DNA of 60,939 nt, the filler included. It is 6 parts of 6 records of this genome, joined end to end, with 100 filler letters (N's around TTAATTAATTAA, not from the genome) between each part and the next. Parts side by side here need not be neighbours in the genome. Positions count along the whole stretch, not along the records: positions 5,193 to 21,064 come from SRR2962707_4236; 5 more parts are not named here. One strand, written 5' to 3'. The notes below the pieces were generated by a model. The model worked only from the letters and a program-made list of their open reading frames with translations. It did not search any database and was not told where the DNA came from. Each line of letters begins with the position of its first letter. Position 1 is the stretch's first letter. Below, piece after piece: positions 9,663 to 18,531 of the stretch. The position numbers and the translations under genes are program-made.

Positions 9663-10070
9663 ATGGGGACGATCTCGGCATATGGAGACGGAATTCGGGG
9701 ATTTCGCGGGCGCGCAAGCGTCGCGCAATCGCTCGCCTTTCTGGCGATTTTCCTCCACCTCGCCGTTCCCTTCGCGCTCCAGCTCGCCGGTCCCGCCACG
9801 CAGGGCCTCCTCCAGACGATCATCTGCTCGGGCGGCGAGGCAAAGGCCGTCTATCTCGACGCCGAGGGAAACCCCGTCGAACCGGCCGCGCCCGGCACCA
9901 CCTCTCATGACTGCAAATCCTGTCTGCATCATTGCGGCGTAGCGGTCTTCACCGCTCTCTTCGCCCTCCCCGCTTCTTCGTGGGCCCTCCCGGCTCCTGC
10001 CCGGACCTTCTACATCGCCACCACGGCGTTCATCGCCGCGGACGGCCATCCCCGCGCCCCTCCCCTCTGA
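9663..10070 (+). CDS. DUF2946 family protein (CruR-like copper-responsive uORF)
   Basis: TM segment, IICS, HDCKSCLHHC, C-terminal PRAPPL; precedes a TonB receptor. Confidence 0.85.
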   Translation: MGTISAYGDGIRGFRGRASVAQSLAFLAIFLHLAVPFALQLAGPATQGLLQTIICSGGEAKAVYLDAEGNPVEPAAPGTTSHDCKSCLHHCGVAVFTALFALPASSWALPAPARTFYIATTAFIAADGHPRAPPL

Positions 10071-10154
10071 ACTGACGCTCGTTTTTCGCTTCTTTTTATA
10101 ACGACGCCTGCAGCGGCACGCCGCCAGCGGGCGCGAGCCATCGGTCGAGGCAAC

Positions 10155-12284
10155 ATGAAAACTCTCTCTCTCCTGACAGGCGTGGCCTATGCCGCGTTTG
10201 CATCGCTCTTGTCCTTCCCCGCCCAGGCGGAGGAGGAAAAGAGCATCGCGCTCCCGGAAATTCTCGTTCCGGGCGAAGTGCTCAATCCGCTTTCCGGTCT
10301 TGCATCGCCTTCCTTTGCGCCCGGCACGCTCACCGTGCCCGGCGTCGGCGAAGCGCAGGAAGACCTGTCGCGCGTTCCAGGTGCTGTCACCCTCGTTCCC
10401 GCCGCGCGCTACGAAGACACCTATGCGCACAATTTCGAGGACGTGATGGACTTCACGCCCGGCGTCTATGCGCGCAAGCGTTTCGGCGCTGAAGTTCGTC
10501 TCTCGGTGCGCGGCTCGGGGCTGTCGCGCTCCTTCCATATGCGCGGCCTTGAAATCCTGCAGGACGGCGTGCCCTTCAATCTCGCGGACGGCGCCGCCGA
10601 CTTCCAGGAGATCGACCCGCTGATCGCGCAGCACATCGAAGTCTACAAGGGCGGTAACGGTCTTCGTTTCGGCTCGGCGTCGCTTGGCGGCGCCATCAAC
10701 TTCGTCACGCCGACCGCCCACACCGCCGAGGCCGAAAATCTCGTGCGGCTCGAAGGCGGCAGCTACGGCACCGCGCGCATTCACGCGCAGGCCGCGCGTA
10801 TCCATGGCAACACGGATATCTTCGCCGCGATGACCGGCAATTATGTCGAAGGTTTCCGCGAGCAGGAGCAGGAACAGAGCTTCCGTTTCTCCGGCAATAT
10901 CGGCCACCGCTTCAACGAGCGGGCCGAGACGCGCTTCTATCTGATTTCAAACACCGTCGATCAGGAACTTCCCGGCACGCTGACGCTCGCTCAGGCCGAG
11001 AACAATCCCAAGATGGCCAATCCCGGCAACATCGCGCTCGACCAGCAGCGCAATGTCCGCTCAGTCCGCGTCGCCAACAAGACGGCACTCGATCTTGGCG
11101 ACGGTGCGCTGCTCGAGTTCGGCGGGTACGCGGGCTACAAGCGGCTCCATCACCCGATCTTCCGCGTGCTCGATTATCGCGGTCCGCTGGCGGGTCTCTT
11201 CACTCGCTATAGCGACGAAGGCTCTCTCGCCGGTCATCGCAACGTCTTCACGCTTGGCGGCGATTTCTCGTGGAGCGAGGTCGACGCGAAGCAATATACG
11301 AACGTTGCGGGCTCGCGCGCCGGGCTCGCCGCGAGCGGCACGCAGACCTCGACCAACTTCAAGCTCTATGCGGAAAACCAGTTCTACGTGCTGGACGACG
11401 TCGCGCTTGTCGGCGGCTTGCAGGGCGTCTCGTCCTACCGCAAGTTCGAAAACGACTTCGCGCCTGCGCAGAACGACAGCACCGACTTCACATCGGTGAG
11501 CCCCAAGGCGGGCGTTCTCTGGGATTTCATGGACAATGCGCAGGCCTATGCGAACGTCACGCGGAGCTACGAACCGCCGACATTCTCCGAACTCGTGCAG
11601 GCGACCGTCTTCCAGTTCGTGCCGCTCGATCCGCAGCGCGCTGTCACCTTTGAAATCGGCACGCGCGGCACGCGCAAGACCGTCTCGTGGGACGTCGCGG
11701 TTTACCGTGCCGAGGTGAAAGGCGAACTCATCAACTTCACCGTTGCGCCCGCCATCCCCGCCTCGACCTTCAATGCGGACGAGACGATCCATCAGGGCAT
11801 TGAGGCATCGCTCACCCTCGATATCGGTTCCTATGGTCTCGATAGTGTTCTGCCTGAAGGAAGCCGTCTGTTGCTCGAACAGGCGTACATGTTTAGCGAT
11901 TTCTCGTTCGACGGCGACCCCGTCTATGGCGACAACAAGCTTGCGGGCATGCCGCCCCATGTCTATGTCGCCGCGCTCCGCTACAAGTCGCCCGCGCCGA
12001 ACGGCCTCGGCTGGGACATTGCGCCGAAAGTCGAATGGGTGCCGGATGGCGGCTATGTCGACTACGCCAACAACCTCGAAGCGCCAGGCTATGCGACGCT
12101 CGGGATCGAAGGCGGCGTCGATCTCACGAAAGGCGTGCGCCTCTTCGTCGATGCGCGCAACCTGACGGATGAAAACTACATCTCGACCTACAGCACCATC
12201 ACCGATGCGACGGTTGCCGCCACCAACGTCTTCTATCCGGGCGAAGGACGCAGCGTCTTCGCCGGATTGAAGATCGCCTTCTGA
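10155..12284 (+). CDS. TonB-dependent receptor, probably copper-related
   Basis: Signal peptide, plug SVRGSG...IEVYKG, C-terminal Phe; lies between DUF2946 and YcnI. Confidence 0.9.
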   Translation: MKTLSLLTGVAYAAFASLLSFPAQAEEEKSIALPEILVPGEVLNPLSGLASPSFAPGTLTVPGVGEAQEDLSRVPGAVTLVPAARYEDTYAHNFEDVMDFTPGVYARKRFGAEVRLSVRGSGLSRSFHMRGLEILQDGVPFNLADGAADFQEIDPLIAQHIEVYKGGNGLRFGSASLGGAINFVTPTAHTAEAENLVRLEGGSYGTARIHAQAARIHGNTDIFAAMTGNYVEGFREQEQEQSFRFSGNIGHRFNERAETRFYLISNTVDQELPGTLTLAQAENNPKMANPGNIALDQQRNVRSVRVANKTALDLGDGALLEFGGYAGYKRLHHPIFRVLDYRGPLAGLFTRYSDEGSLAGHRNVFTLGGDFSWSEVDAKQYTNVAGSRAGLAASGTQTSTNFKLYAENQFYVLDDVALVGGLQGVSSYRKFENDFAPAQNDSTDFTSVSPKAGVLWDFMDNAQAYANVTRSYEPPTFSELVQATVFQFVPLDPQRAVTFEIGTRGTRKTVSWDVAVYRAEVKGELINFTVAPAIPASTFNADETIHQGIEASLTLDIGSYGLDSVLPEGSRLLLEQAYMFSDFSFDGDPVYGDNKLAGMPPHVYVAALRYKSPAPNGLGWDIAPKVEWVPDGGYVDYANNLEAPGYATLGIEGGVDLTKGVRLFVDARNLTDENYISTYSTITDATVAATNVFYPGEGRSVFAGLKIAF

Positions 12285-12298
12285 GAGGAATCCTGAAC

Positions 12299-12835
12299 AT
12301 GAAACATTTCATCGCAACCTTCGCAACGGCCGTGGCACTCGCCACGGCCCTTCCCGCCGCCGCCCATGTCGTGCTTGACGAGACGAGCGCCGATGCAGGT
12401 AGCTACTTCAAGGCCGTCTTCCGCGTGCCGCATGGCTGCGAGGGCTCGCCGACAACCGCCATTTCGATCCTCATTCCCGAAGGCGTCATCTCGGTGAAGC
12501 CGCAGCCGAAACCCGGCTGGACGGTCACAACAGAAATCGCGCCTTATGCCGAAACTTACGAAATCCACGGCAAGCCCGTCACAGAAGGCGTCGTGAAAGT
12601 CACATGGGAAGGCGGCCCGCTCGCCGACGACATGTTCGACGAGTTCGCCTTCATGACGAAGCTGCCGGGCGACCCCGAAGTCATGATGCTCTTCTTCCCC
12701 GTCGAGCAGGTTTGTGAAAAAGGCTCGACGAACTGGGACGAAATCGCCATGCCGGGCACGGACCCGCGTTCGCTCGCGCGGCCCGCGCCCATGCTGCATC
12801 TCAGCCATGACGGCCAGCCAGCCCATCACCACTAA
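12299..12835 (+). CDS. YcnI/DUF1775 copper-binding periplasmic protein
   Basis: Signal peptide ending AAA-H (mature N-terminal His), FRVPHGCEG, PKPGW, FPVEQVC...W; HHH tail. Confidence 0.9.
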   Translation: MKHFIATFATAVALATALPAAAHVVLDETSADAGSYFKAVFRVPHGCEGSPTTAISILIPEGVISVKPQPKPGWTVTTEIAPYAETYEIHGKPVTEGVVKVTWEGGPLADDMFDEFAFMTKLPGDPEVMMLFFPVEQVCEKGSTNWDEIAMPGTDPRSLARPAPMLHLSHDGQPAHHH

Positions 12836-12868
12836 GGGCCGTTGACGCCCCGCGCCCGCGATCTGCTA

Positions 12869-12899
12869 CTCTCTTCCTCCAACGACAGGAGGAAGAGAG
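12869..12899 (+). promoter_or_regulatory. Perfect 12-bp hairpin covering the SD of the next gene
   Basis: CTCTCTTCCTCC-AACGACA-GGAGGAAGAGAG, ending 1 nt before ATG 12901. Confidence 0.65.
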
Positions 12900-12900
12900 C

Positions 12901-14136
12901 ATGGGCGTGACACTGCCGAAACAGGGCACGGAATGGGGCAAGCTGAAAGGCGAGATGGAGAGCCGCGGCGCCCATGACGTCAAATGGCGCGAAGGCAAGA
13001 CCGCGGTCTATGTCTTCAACGCAGGTCCCGACGTCGCGGAGGTCCAGAAAGAGGCCTACACGATGTTCATGTCGGAAAACGGCCTCGGTCCCATGGCCTT
13101 TCCGAGCCTGAAGCAGATGGAAGACGAAGTCGTCGCCATGGGCCTCGGCCTTCTCCACGGGCCGGAAGGCTCGGTCGGCAACATCACGTCGGGCGGCACG
13201 GATTCGATCACCATGGCCGTCAAGACCGCGCGCGATTATGCGCGCAAGGAGCGCGGTGTCACGGGCCAGTGCAACATCGTCGCGCCCTGGTCGGCGCATC
13301 CCGCCTTCGACAAGGCGGCGAAGATGATGGAGCTCGAGATGCGGCGCATTCCCTGCGCCGATCTCCTCGCCGATGTCGCGGCCATGGAGAAAGCCGTCGA
13401 CGGCAACACCATCATGATCGTCGGCTCCGCGCCCTGCTTTCCCTACGGCCTCATCGACCCCATCGAAAAGCTCGGCGCACTCGCCGTGAAGAGAAAACTC
13501 TGGCTTCATGTCGATGCCTGCGTCGGCGGCTACATCGCGCCTTTCGTGCGCATGAATGGCGGCGACGTTCCGCCCTTCGATTTCGAAGTGCCGGGCGTTT
13601 CATCCATGTCGGCCGACCTTCACAAATACGGCTATTGCGCCAAGGGTGCGTCCACCGTCCTCTTCTGCTCCGACGATCTGCGCGCGCACATGATCTTCGA
13701 CTGTGCCGACTGGCCGGGCGGGCGCATGGTCACGCCGACGCTGGCGGGCACACGGCCGGGCGGCGCCATCGCGGCGGCCTGGGCGGTGATGAATTTTCTC
13801 GGCGAGGAAGGCTACCGCGCGAAGCACAAGCAGGTGACGGATGCGCGCGAAGCCATCGAGGCGGGCATCGCGAAGCTCGGCTTCCGCGTGCTTGGCGCGC
13901 CGCAGCTCGGCATCGTCTCCTTCACGCATGACGAGGTCGACCCCTTCGCCGTCTGGGGCAAGCTCTTCGAGCGCGGCTGGTTCACCAGCCTCACCACGGA
14001 GCCGAAGGGCCTCCACCTGATGCTCTCGCCCTTCCATGCGCAAGTGACGGATACCTACCTCACCGACCTCGAATGGGCACTCGGCGAAGTGAAGGCGGGC
14101 AACGCAGGCAAGAAGCGCGAGGCGCGGTATAGCTGA
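12901..14136 (+). CDS. PLP-dependent enzyme, sphingosine-1-phosphate lyase/group II decarboxylase-like
   Basis: TSGGTDSI, SAHPAFDKAA, GSAPCFPYG, HVDACVGG, SADLHKYG (PLP lysine), TPTLAGTRPG. Confidence 0.85.
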   Translation: MGVTLPKQGTEWGKLKGEMESRGAHDVKWREGKTAVYVFNAGPDVAEVQKEAYTMFMSENGLGPMAFPSLKQMEDEVVAMGLGLLHGPEGSVGNITSGGTDSITMAVKTARDYARKERGVTGQCNIVAPWSAHPAFDKAAKMMELEMRRIPCADLLADVAAMEKAVDGNTIMIVGSAPCFPYGLIDPIEKLGALAVKRKLWLHVDACVGGYIAPFVRMNGGDVPPFDFEVPGVSSMSADLHKYGYCAKGASTVLFCSDDLRAHMIFDCADWPGGRMVTPTLAGTRPGGAIAAAWAVMNFLGEEGYRAKHKQVTDAREAIEAGIAKLGFRVLGAPQLGIVSFTHDEVDPFAVWGKLFERGWFTSLTTEPKGLHLMLSPFHAQVTDTYLTDLEWALGEVKAGNAGKKREARYS

Positions 14137-14149
14137 GCGGACATAAGAA

Positions 14150-14179
14150 GAGCCCGCCTCGGGGGGGTGAGGCGGGCTC
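14150..14179. terminator. Hairpin terminator between convergent genes
   Basis: GAGCCCGCCTC...GAGGCGGGCTC; followed by TTCTT on the minus strand. Confidence 0.7.
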
Positions 14180-14242
14180 CATACTCATACTCATACGCAA
14201 CAAGCCATCGAGGGATGTCGAGGGCAGGGCGGAACAAGAGGC

Positions 14243-14437
14243 TTAGTTATCGGTCGCCTCGTCGATGTCCTCGCCCATCTCTTCCGCAGGGCCGTCCTCA
14301 AACATGTTCGAGGTCGAATCCACTGCTTCATCCACGTCTTCGCCGGCTTCTTCCATCGGGCCCTGATCGTCGCAAGCGGCGAGGCCGCCGGCCAGAGGCA
14401 GAACAACGAGAATACCGAAGAGTGTCTTGCGCAACAT
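14243..14437 (-). CDS. Small acidic lipoprotein (64 aa)
   Basis: GGAG RBS, lipobox LAAC, duplicated GPxEExGEDxDEA motif. Confidence 0.85.
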   Translation of the reverse strand: MLRKTLFGILVVLPLAGGLAACDDQGPMEEAGEDVDEAVDSTSNMFEDGPAEEMGEDIDEATDN

Positions 14438-14556
14438 TTGAGTGTCTCCGTCTGTGGTGACAGGAATTGCCAGCATCGGCGATGCCGGTCGGGAAGCTTT
14501 CCGGGGTGGCGGCGCATCACCTTGAGCCATGTGCCGCCGTGCCGGGTCGGGGAAAG

Positions 14557-14581
14557 AACGCTCGGGTTCCCACCGGGTTCC
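14557..14581 (-). promoter_or_regulatory. EcfG/SigT-type general-stress promoter
   Basis: GGAAC-N16-CGTT on the minus strand, upstream of the lipoprotein. Confidence 0.65.
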
Positions 14582-14744
14582 ATCACCAGTCTATCGAAGG
14601 TTTTCCGCACCCGCCTCTTTCCCATCCCCGCGCCGACGCAACGGAAAGCCGCGGAATACGTGGTTCGCCTCCCCGAAACACGTTTTCGCCGCCGTGCCAC
14701 CTGTTACTATCGCGGCAAACAAGAGGTCATCTGGGGAGAAAACG

Positions 14745-16295
14745 ATGGCGGAAGCTAAGGTCAGGTCTGGCGCGCGGACGGAGGATATTTCTGCATTGGC
14801 GGGCCGGGCCGCGCGGGCCGCGAGCGGCTTTGCCTCGCTCGGCATCGGCGCGGGCGATGTCATCGCCGTCTATCTCAGAAACGATTTCGCCTTCTTCGAG
14901 GCGTCCGCCGCCGCCGGTCTCGTCGGCGCCTATTCGACGCCCGTCAACTGGCACAACTCGCGGGACGAGGCGCGCTACATCTTCGAGAATTCGGGCGCGA
15001 AGGCGATCGTCATTCATGCCGACCTCCTGCGCGGCATCGAGAAGGCGCTCCCGAAAAACGTACCCGTCTTCGTCGTCGAGACGCCGCCCGAGATCGTCTC
15101 CGCCTATGGCCTCGCCGGTGCGGATGCGAAGCTCCCGTCAGGCGCGACGGACTGGTCGGAATGGCTCTCGCAGTTCCCGCCCATCGAGGCCGGCCCCGCC
15201 GAGCCGCCGGGCTCCATGATCTACACATCCGGCACCACGGGCCATCCGAAGGGTGTGCGCCGTGCCGCGCCGACCGCCGACCAGGCCGTCGTCTGGGCGC
15301 AGGTGATCGGCAAGGTGATGGGCTTCAACGCCAGTTACGGCGAGCCGCAGGAAATGGTCACCGTCGTCACGGGGCCGATGTATCACTCGGCACCCAACGC
15401 TTACGGGCTCTATGCTTTCCGCGTCGGCGCCAATGTCATCCTGCAGCCGCGTTTCGATCCCGAAGAACTGCTGCAGATGATCGACAAATACAAAGTCACG
15501 CATCTCCACATGGTGCCGACCATGTTCGTCCGCCTGCTGAAACTGCCGGACGAAGTGAAGAAGAAATACGATCTCTCCTCGCTCCGCTTCGTCGTTCACG
15601 CCGCAGCCCCCTGCCCGGTTCACGTCAAGCAGGCCATGATCGAATGGTGGGGCCCGGTCATCTTCGAATATTACGGCGGCACGGAAACGGGCGCCGTCGT
15701 CTTCTGCAATTCGGAAGAATACCTCGCCCATCCCGGCACCGTCGGCAAGGCGCTCGACGGCGCGAAAGTCATGGTGCTCGACGAGGACGGCAAGGAGCTT
15801 GCGCGCGGCGCGACCGGCGAAATCGTCTGCCGCATCCCGAGCATTCCCGATTTCACCTATCACGGCGACGACGAAAAGCGCCGCCGCGCCGAAAAGGCGG
15901 GCCTCATCGCGCTCGGCGATATCGGCTATCTCGACGAGGACGGCTTCCTCTATCTCTGCGACCGCGCCAAAGACATGGTCATCTCCGGCGGGGTCAACAT
16001 CTACCCGGCCGAGATCGAGGCGGAGCTTCACAAGATGCCGGGCGTCGGCGATTGCGCCGTCTTCGGCATCCCGGATGAGGATTTCGGGGAATCCCTCTGC
16101 GCCGTCGTTCAGCCGCAACCGGGGGTCACGATCGAAGCGGCGGATGTGAAGACGTTTCTGCGGGAGCGGGTCGCGGGCTACAAGGTGCCGCGCACCGTCG
16201 AGTTCCAGGCAGACCTGCCGCGCGAGGATTCCGGGAAAATATTCAAGCGCAAGCTCCGCGAGCCCTATTGGGAGCGGGCGGGCCGGCAAATCTGA
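14745..16295 (+). CDS. Acyl-CoA synthetase (AMP-binding enzyme)
   Basis: YTSGTTGHPKG, EYYGGTE, GDIGYLD, DMVISGGVNIYPAEIE, SGKIFK; GGGGAG RBS. Confidence 0.95.
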   Translation: MAEAKVRSGARTEDISALAGRAARAASGFASLGIGAGDVIAVYLRNDFAFFEASAAAGLVGAYSTPVNWHNSRDEARYIFENSGAKAIVIHADLLRGIEKALPKNVPVFVVETPPEIVSAYGLAGADAKLPSGATDWSEWLSQFPPIEAGPAEPPGSMIYTSGTTGHPKGVRRAAPTADQAVVWAQVIGKVMGFNASYGEPQEMVTVVTGPMYHSAPNAYGLYAFRVGANVILQPRFDPEELLQMIDKYKVTHLHMVPTMFVRLLKLPDEVKKKYDLSSLRFVVHAAAPCPVHVKQAMIEWWGPVIFEYYGGTETGAVVFCNSEEYLAHPGTVGKALDGAKVMVLDEDGKELARGATGEIVCRIPSIPDFTYHGDDEKRRRAEKAGLIALGDIGYLDEDGFLYLCDRAKDMVISGGVNIYPAEIEAELHKMPGVGDCAVFGIPDEDFGESLCAVVQPQPGVTIEAADVKTFLRERVAGYKVPRTVEFQADLPREDSGKIFKRKLREPYWERAGRQI

Positions 16296-16323
16296 CAAAA
16301 GCCGGAAAGCCGGTTTCAAACTC

Positions 16324-16351
16324 AAAAAGGGGCGGTTACCGCCCCTTTTTT
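16324..16351 (+). terminator. Intrinsic terminator
   Basis: AAAAAGGGGCGG-TTA-CCGCCCCTTTTTT. Confidence 0.88.
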
Positions 16352-16381
16352 AATGGGATCCGCTGCGTCAAACCGCCACGC

Positions 16382-16434
16382 TGCATTGCAACAATTTTAT
16401 CGACTGACATCTTGTCAGTTTGTGCGACGCACCA
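16382..16434. promoter_or_regulatory. Two PhaR/AniA-like boxes flanking a second palindrome
   Basis: TGCATTGCAACA (16382) and TGCGACGCACCA (16423); ACTGACA-TCT-TGTCAGT (16403-16419). Confidence 0.55.
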
Positions 16435-16544
16435 TATCTTGAAATCAACAACAGAGAGAATCGTCGTCAAGGCGGCACCCCCCAACGAGGGGCGGAAACA
16501 TCCGGGCCAGATTTTGTGACACTTAAAGTATCAGAGGTAGCCCC

Positions 16545-16766
16545 ATGACTTCCGCACAGCATCTCGCCTCCCACGTCGCGGCGCATACGAGGTCTCTTGG
16601 CACCGACATGTCGGCCCAGGCCGCGCGCCTGTGGTCCTCGGGCACAGCCCAGATCTCGAAAACCCTCAAGGAATTCAGCTTTGGTGACGCCGCAGCCGCC
16701 GCCGGCTACACGGTCATGTCGCTCTACGCCGCGAGCTACGTCTTCTATGTGACGGCGATCTACTAA
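16545..16766 (+). CDS. Small hypothetical protein with C-terminal TM helix
   Basis: GAGGT RBS, GC3-rich codons, hydrophobic C-terminus, own downstream hairpin. Confidence 0.65.
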   Translation: MTSAQHLASHVAAHTRSLGTDMSAQAARLWSSGTAQISKTLKEFSFGDAAAAAGYTVMSLYAASYVFYVTAIY

Positions 16767-16806
16767 GCCTCGCGCCAAAGCCACTCCCAAGACCATTCCA
16801 CAAGAT

Positions 16807-16841
16807 TGGGGCGCAACGGTTCTGCCGTTGCGCCCCATTTA
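16807..16841 (+). terminator. Intrinsic terminator
   Basis: TGGGGCGCAACGG-TTCTG-CCGTTGCGCCCCA followed by T-rich tract. Confidence 0.8.
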
Positions 16842-16876
16842 TGTTGTTTATCCTGTGTGAGGACCGTCAGGCTCGC

Positions 16877-16921
16877 TTGCGCGACGTAAATTCCTACCCT
16901 TATAATAAGCCTACCTTATTA
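16877..16921 (+). promoter_or_regulatory. marR promoter with overlapping operator
   Basis: TTGCGC-N18-TATAAT; inverted repeat TAATAAG-N5-CTTATTA (16903-16921). Confidence 0.65.
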
Positions 16922-16957
16922 GATGGTTACCTCTCTAAACCTGAAGACTGGCGTCAA

Positions 16958-17437
16958 ATGTCGATAAATCAGAACCCGGATCGCAGCACCGGCTTCCTGC
17001 TGCGCGATAACTCCCGCTTCATGAAGGTCGCCTTCTCGGAGCGCGTCAGCGGCCTCACACAGGCCCAGTGGGGCGCCCTCGCCCAGCTTTCGCGCCATCA
17101 GGGGCTCAATCAGGTCGGCCTCGCCGATCTCCTCGAAGTGCAGCCCATCACGGTCGCCCGGCTGGTCGACAAGCTCGTGGCGCTCGGCCTCGTGGAGCGC
17201 AGGCCCGACCCCAACGACCGCCGCGCACAGCAGCTCTTCCTCACCGAAAGCGCACAGCCCCTGCTCGACCAGATGTGGGAGGCCGCGGACGAAATTCTCG
17301 ATGAAGCCTATGCCGGCTTCACCGAGCAGGAACGTACGACTTTCATCGACATGCTGGTTCGGATGCGCGGCAATCTCGCCCGTCTGGCACAAGGCGGTCC
17401 GCGCAGCAGCAGTGCGGGCCTTCGAAAGGCAAGCTAG
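16958..17437 (+). CDS. MarR/SlyA family regulator
   Basis: GLTQAQW, ITVARLVDKL, DPNDRRA. Confidence 0.93.
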   Translation: MSINQNPDRSTGFLLRDNSRFMKVAFSERVSGLTQAQWGALAQLSRHQGLNQVGLADLLEVQPITVARLVDKLVALGLVERRPDPNDRRAQQLFLTESAQPLLDQMWEAADEILDEAYAGFTEQERTTFIDMLVRMRGNLARLAQGGPRSSSAGLRKAS

Positions 17438-17442
17438 AAATT

Positions 17443-18531
17443 ATGTCCATCCAGTCCGTGGGACCGGGCGAGCGCCTGCGCGCGCGCCTCGGCCATATCA
17501 ACTCATCCCGTTTGCGCCTGATCCTCATGATGGGCGTGCCCGCCCTCGTCATTCTCGCCGGGGCCACCTTTTATTTGCTCGGCGGCCGCTATGTCGAAAC
17601 GGACAATGCTTATGTGAAGGCCGACACGGTCGCCGTCAGCCCCAAGGTCGCGGGCACCATCAGCAAGGTCTTTGTCGCTGAAAACCAGTTTGTCGAGGCC
17701 GGCGAACCTCTCTTCGAGATCGACCCCGCCGACTACCGGATCGTTCTCTCCGAAGCCGAAGCACAGCTCAAGCAGGCGGCCGCCAAGGTCAAGGGACAGC
17801 AGGCGCGCTACCGCATGACGCTCGAACAGATCGCTCTCGCGAAGGCCAATGCCGAATATTACGAACGCGAGTTCGAGCGGCAAAATGCGCTCGCCAAACG
17901 CGACTTCGCCAGCAAGCAGAAGCTCGACGAGGCTCGTCACGATCTCCAGACCGCGCAACAGCTTGCCAAGGTGCTCGCCGCCAGCATCGGAGAGATCGTC
18001 GCGAATCTCGACGACATTCCCGAGGCGCCGGTCGAGGAACATTCGGCCTATCGCGCGGCGCTGGGCGCCCGCGATAATGCGGCGCTCAACCTCAAGCGCA
18101 CCACGGTACGCGCGCCCTTCGCGGGCATTCTCGGCAAACAGCCTCAACTCGGCGACACAGTTGCCGCAGGCACGCCCGTCGTCAGCCTGATCTCGCGCGA
18201 CCGTGTGTGGATCGAGGCGAATTTCAAGGAAACGCAGCTCACCGAAGTTCGCCCTGGGCAGAACGTCGTCGTCACCATCGACACCTATCCCGGCCGCGAA
18301 TGGCACGGCCATGTCGCCTCCATCGCGCAAGGCACCGGCTCGGAATTCTCGATACTCCCGGCACAGAACTCGACCGGCAACTGGGTCAAGGTCGTGCAGC
18401 GCATTCCGGTTCACATCTCGATAGACCGCGAAGACGGCGACCCCGCCATCCGCGCTGGCATGAGCAGCGAAGTCGAGATCGACACGCAGTCCCTCCCGGC
18501 AACGCAGCTCGCGGAGGGTCCGCGTCCGTGA
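17443..18531 (+). CDS. emrA: EmrA/HlyD-family membrane fusion protein
   Basis: TDNAYV, ANFKETQL, FSILPAQNSTGNWVKVVQRIPV. Confidence 0.92.
   Translation: MSIQSVGPGERLRARLGHINSSRLRLILMMGVPALVILAGATFYLLGGRYVETDNAYVKADTVAVSPKVAGTISKVFVAENQFVEAGEPLFEIDPADYRIVLSEAEAQLKQAAAKVKGQQARYRMTLEQIALAKANAEYYEREFERQNALAKRDFASKQKLDEARHDLQTAQQLAKVLAASIGEIVANLDDIPEAPVEEHSAYRAALGARDNAALNLKRTTVRAPFAGILGKQPQLGDTVAAGTPVVSLISRDRVWIEANFKETQLTEVRPGQNVVVTIDTYPGREWHGHVASIAQGTGSEFSILPAQNSTGNWVKVVQRIPVHISIDREDGDPAIRAGMSSEVEIDTQSLPATQLAEGPRP

Noticed and set aside
14180..14196. CATACT tandem as a CRISPR or VNTR
   Set aside because: Under three 6-nt units, no spacers, no cas genes
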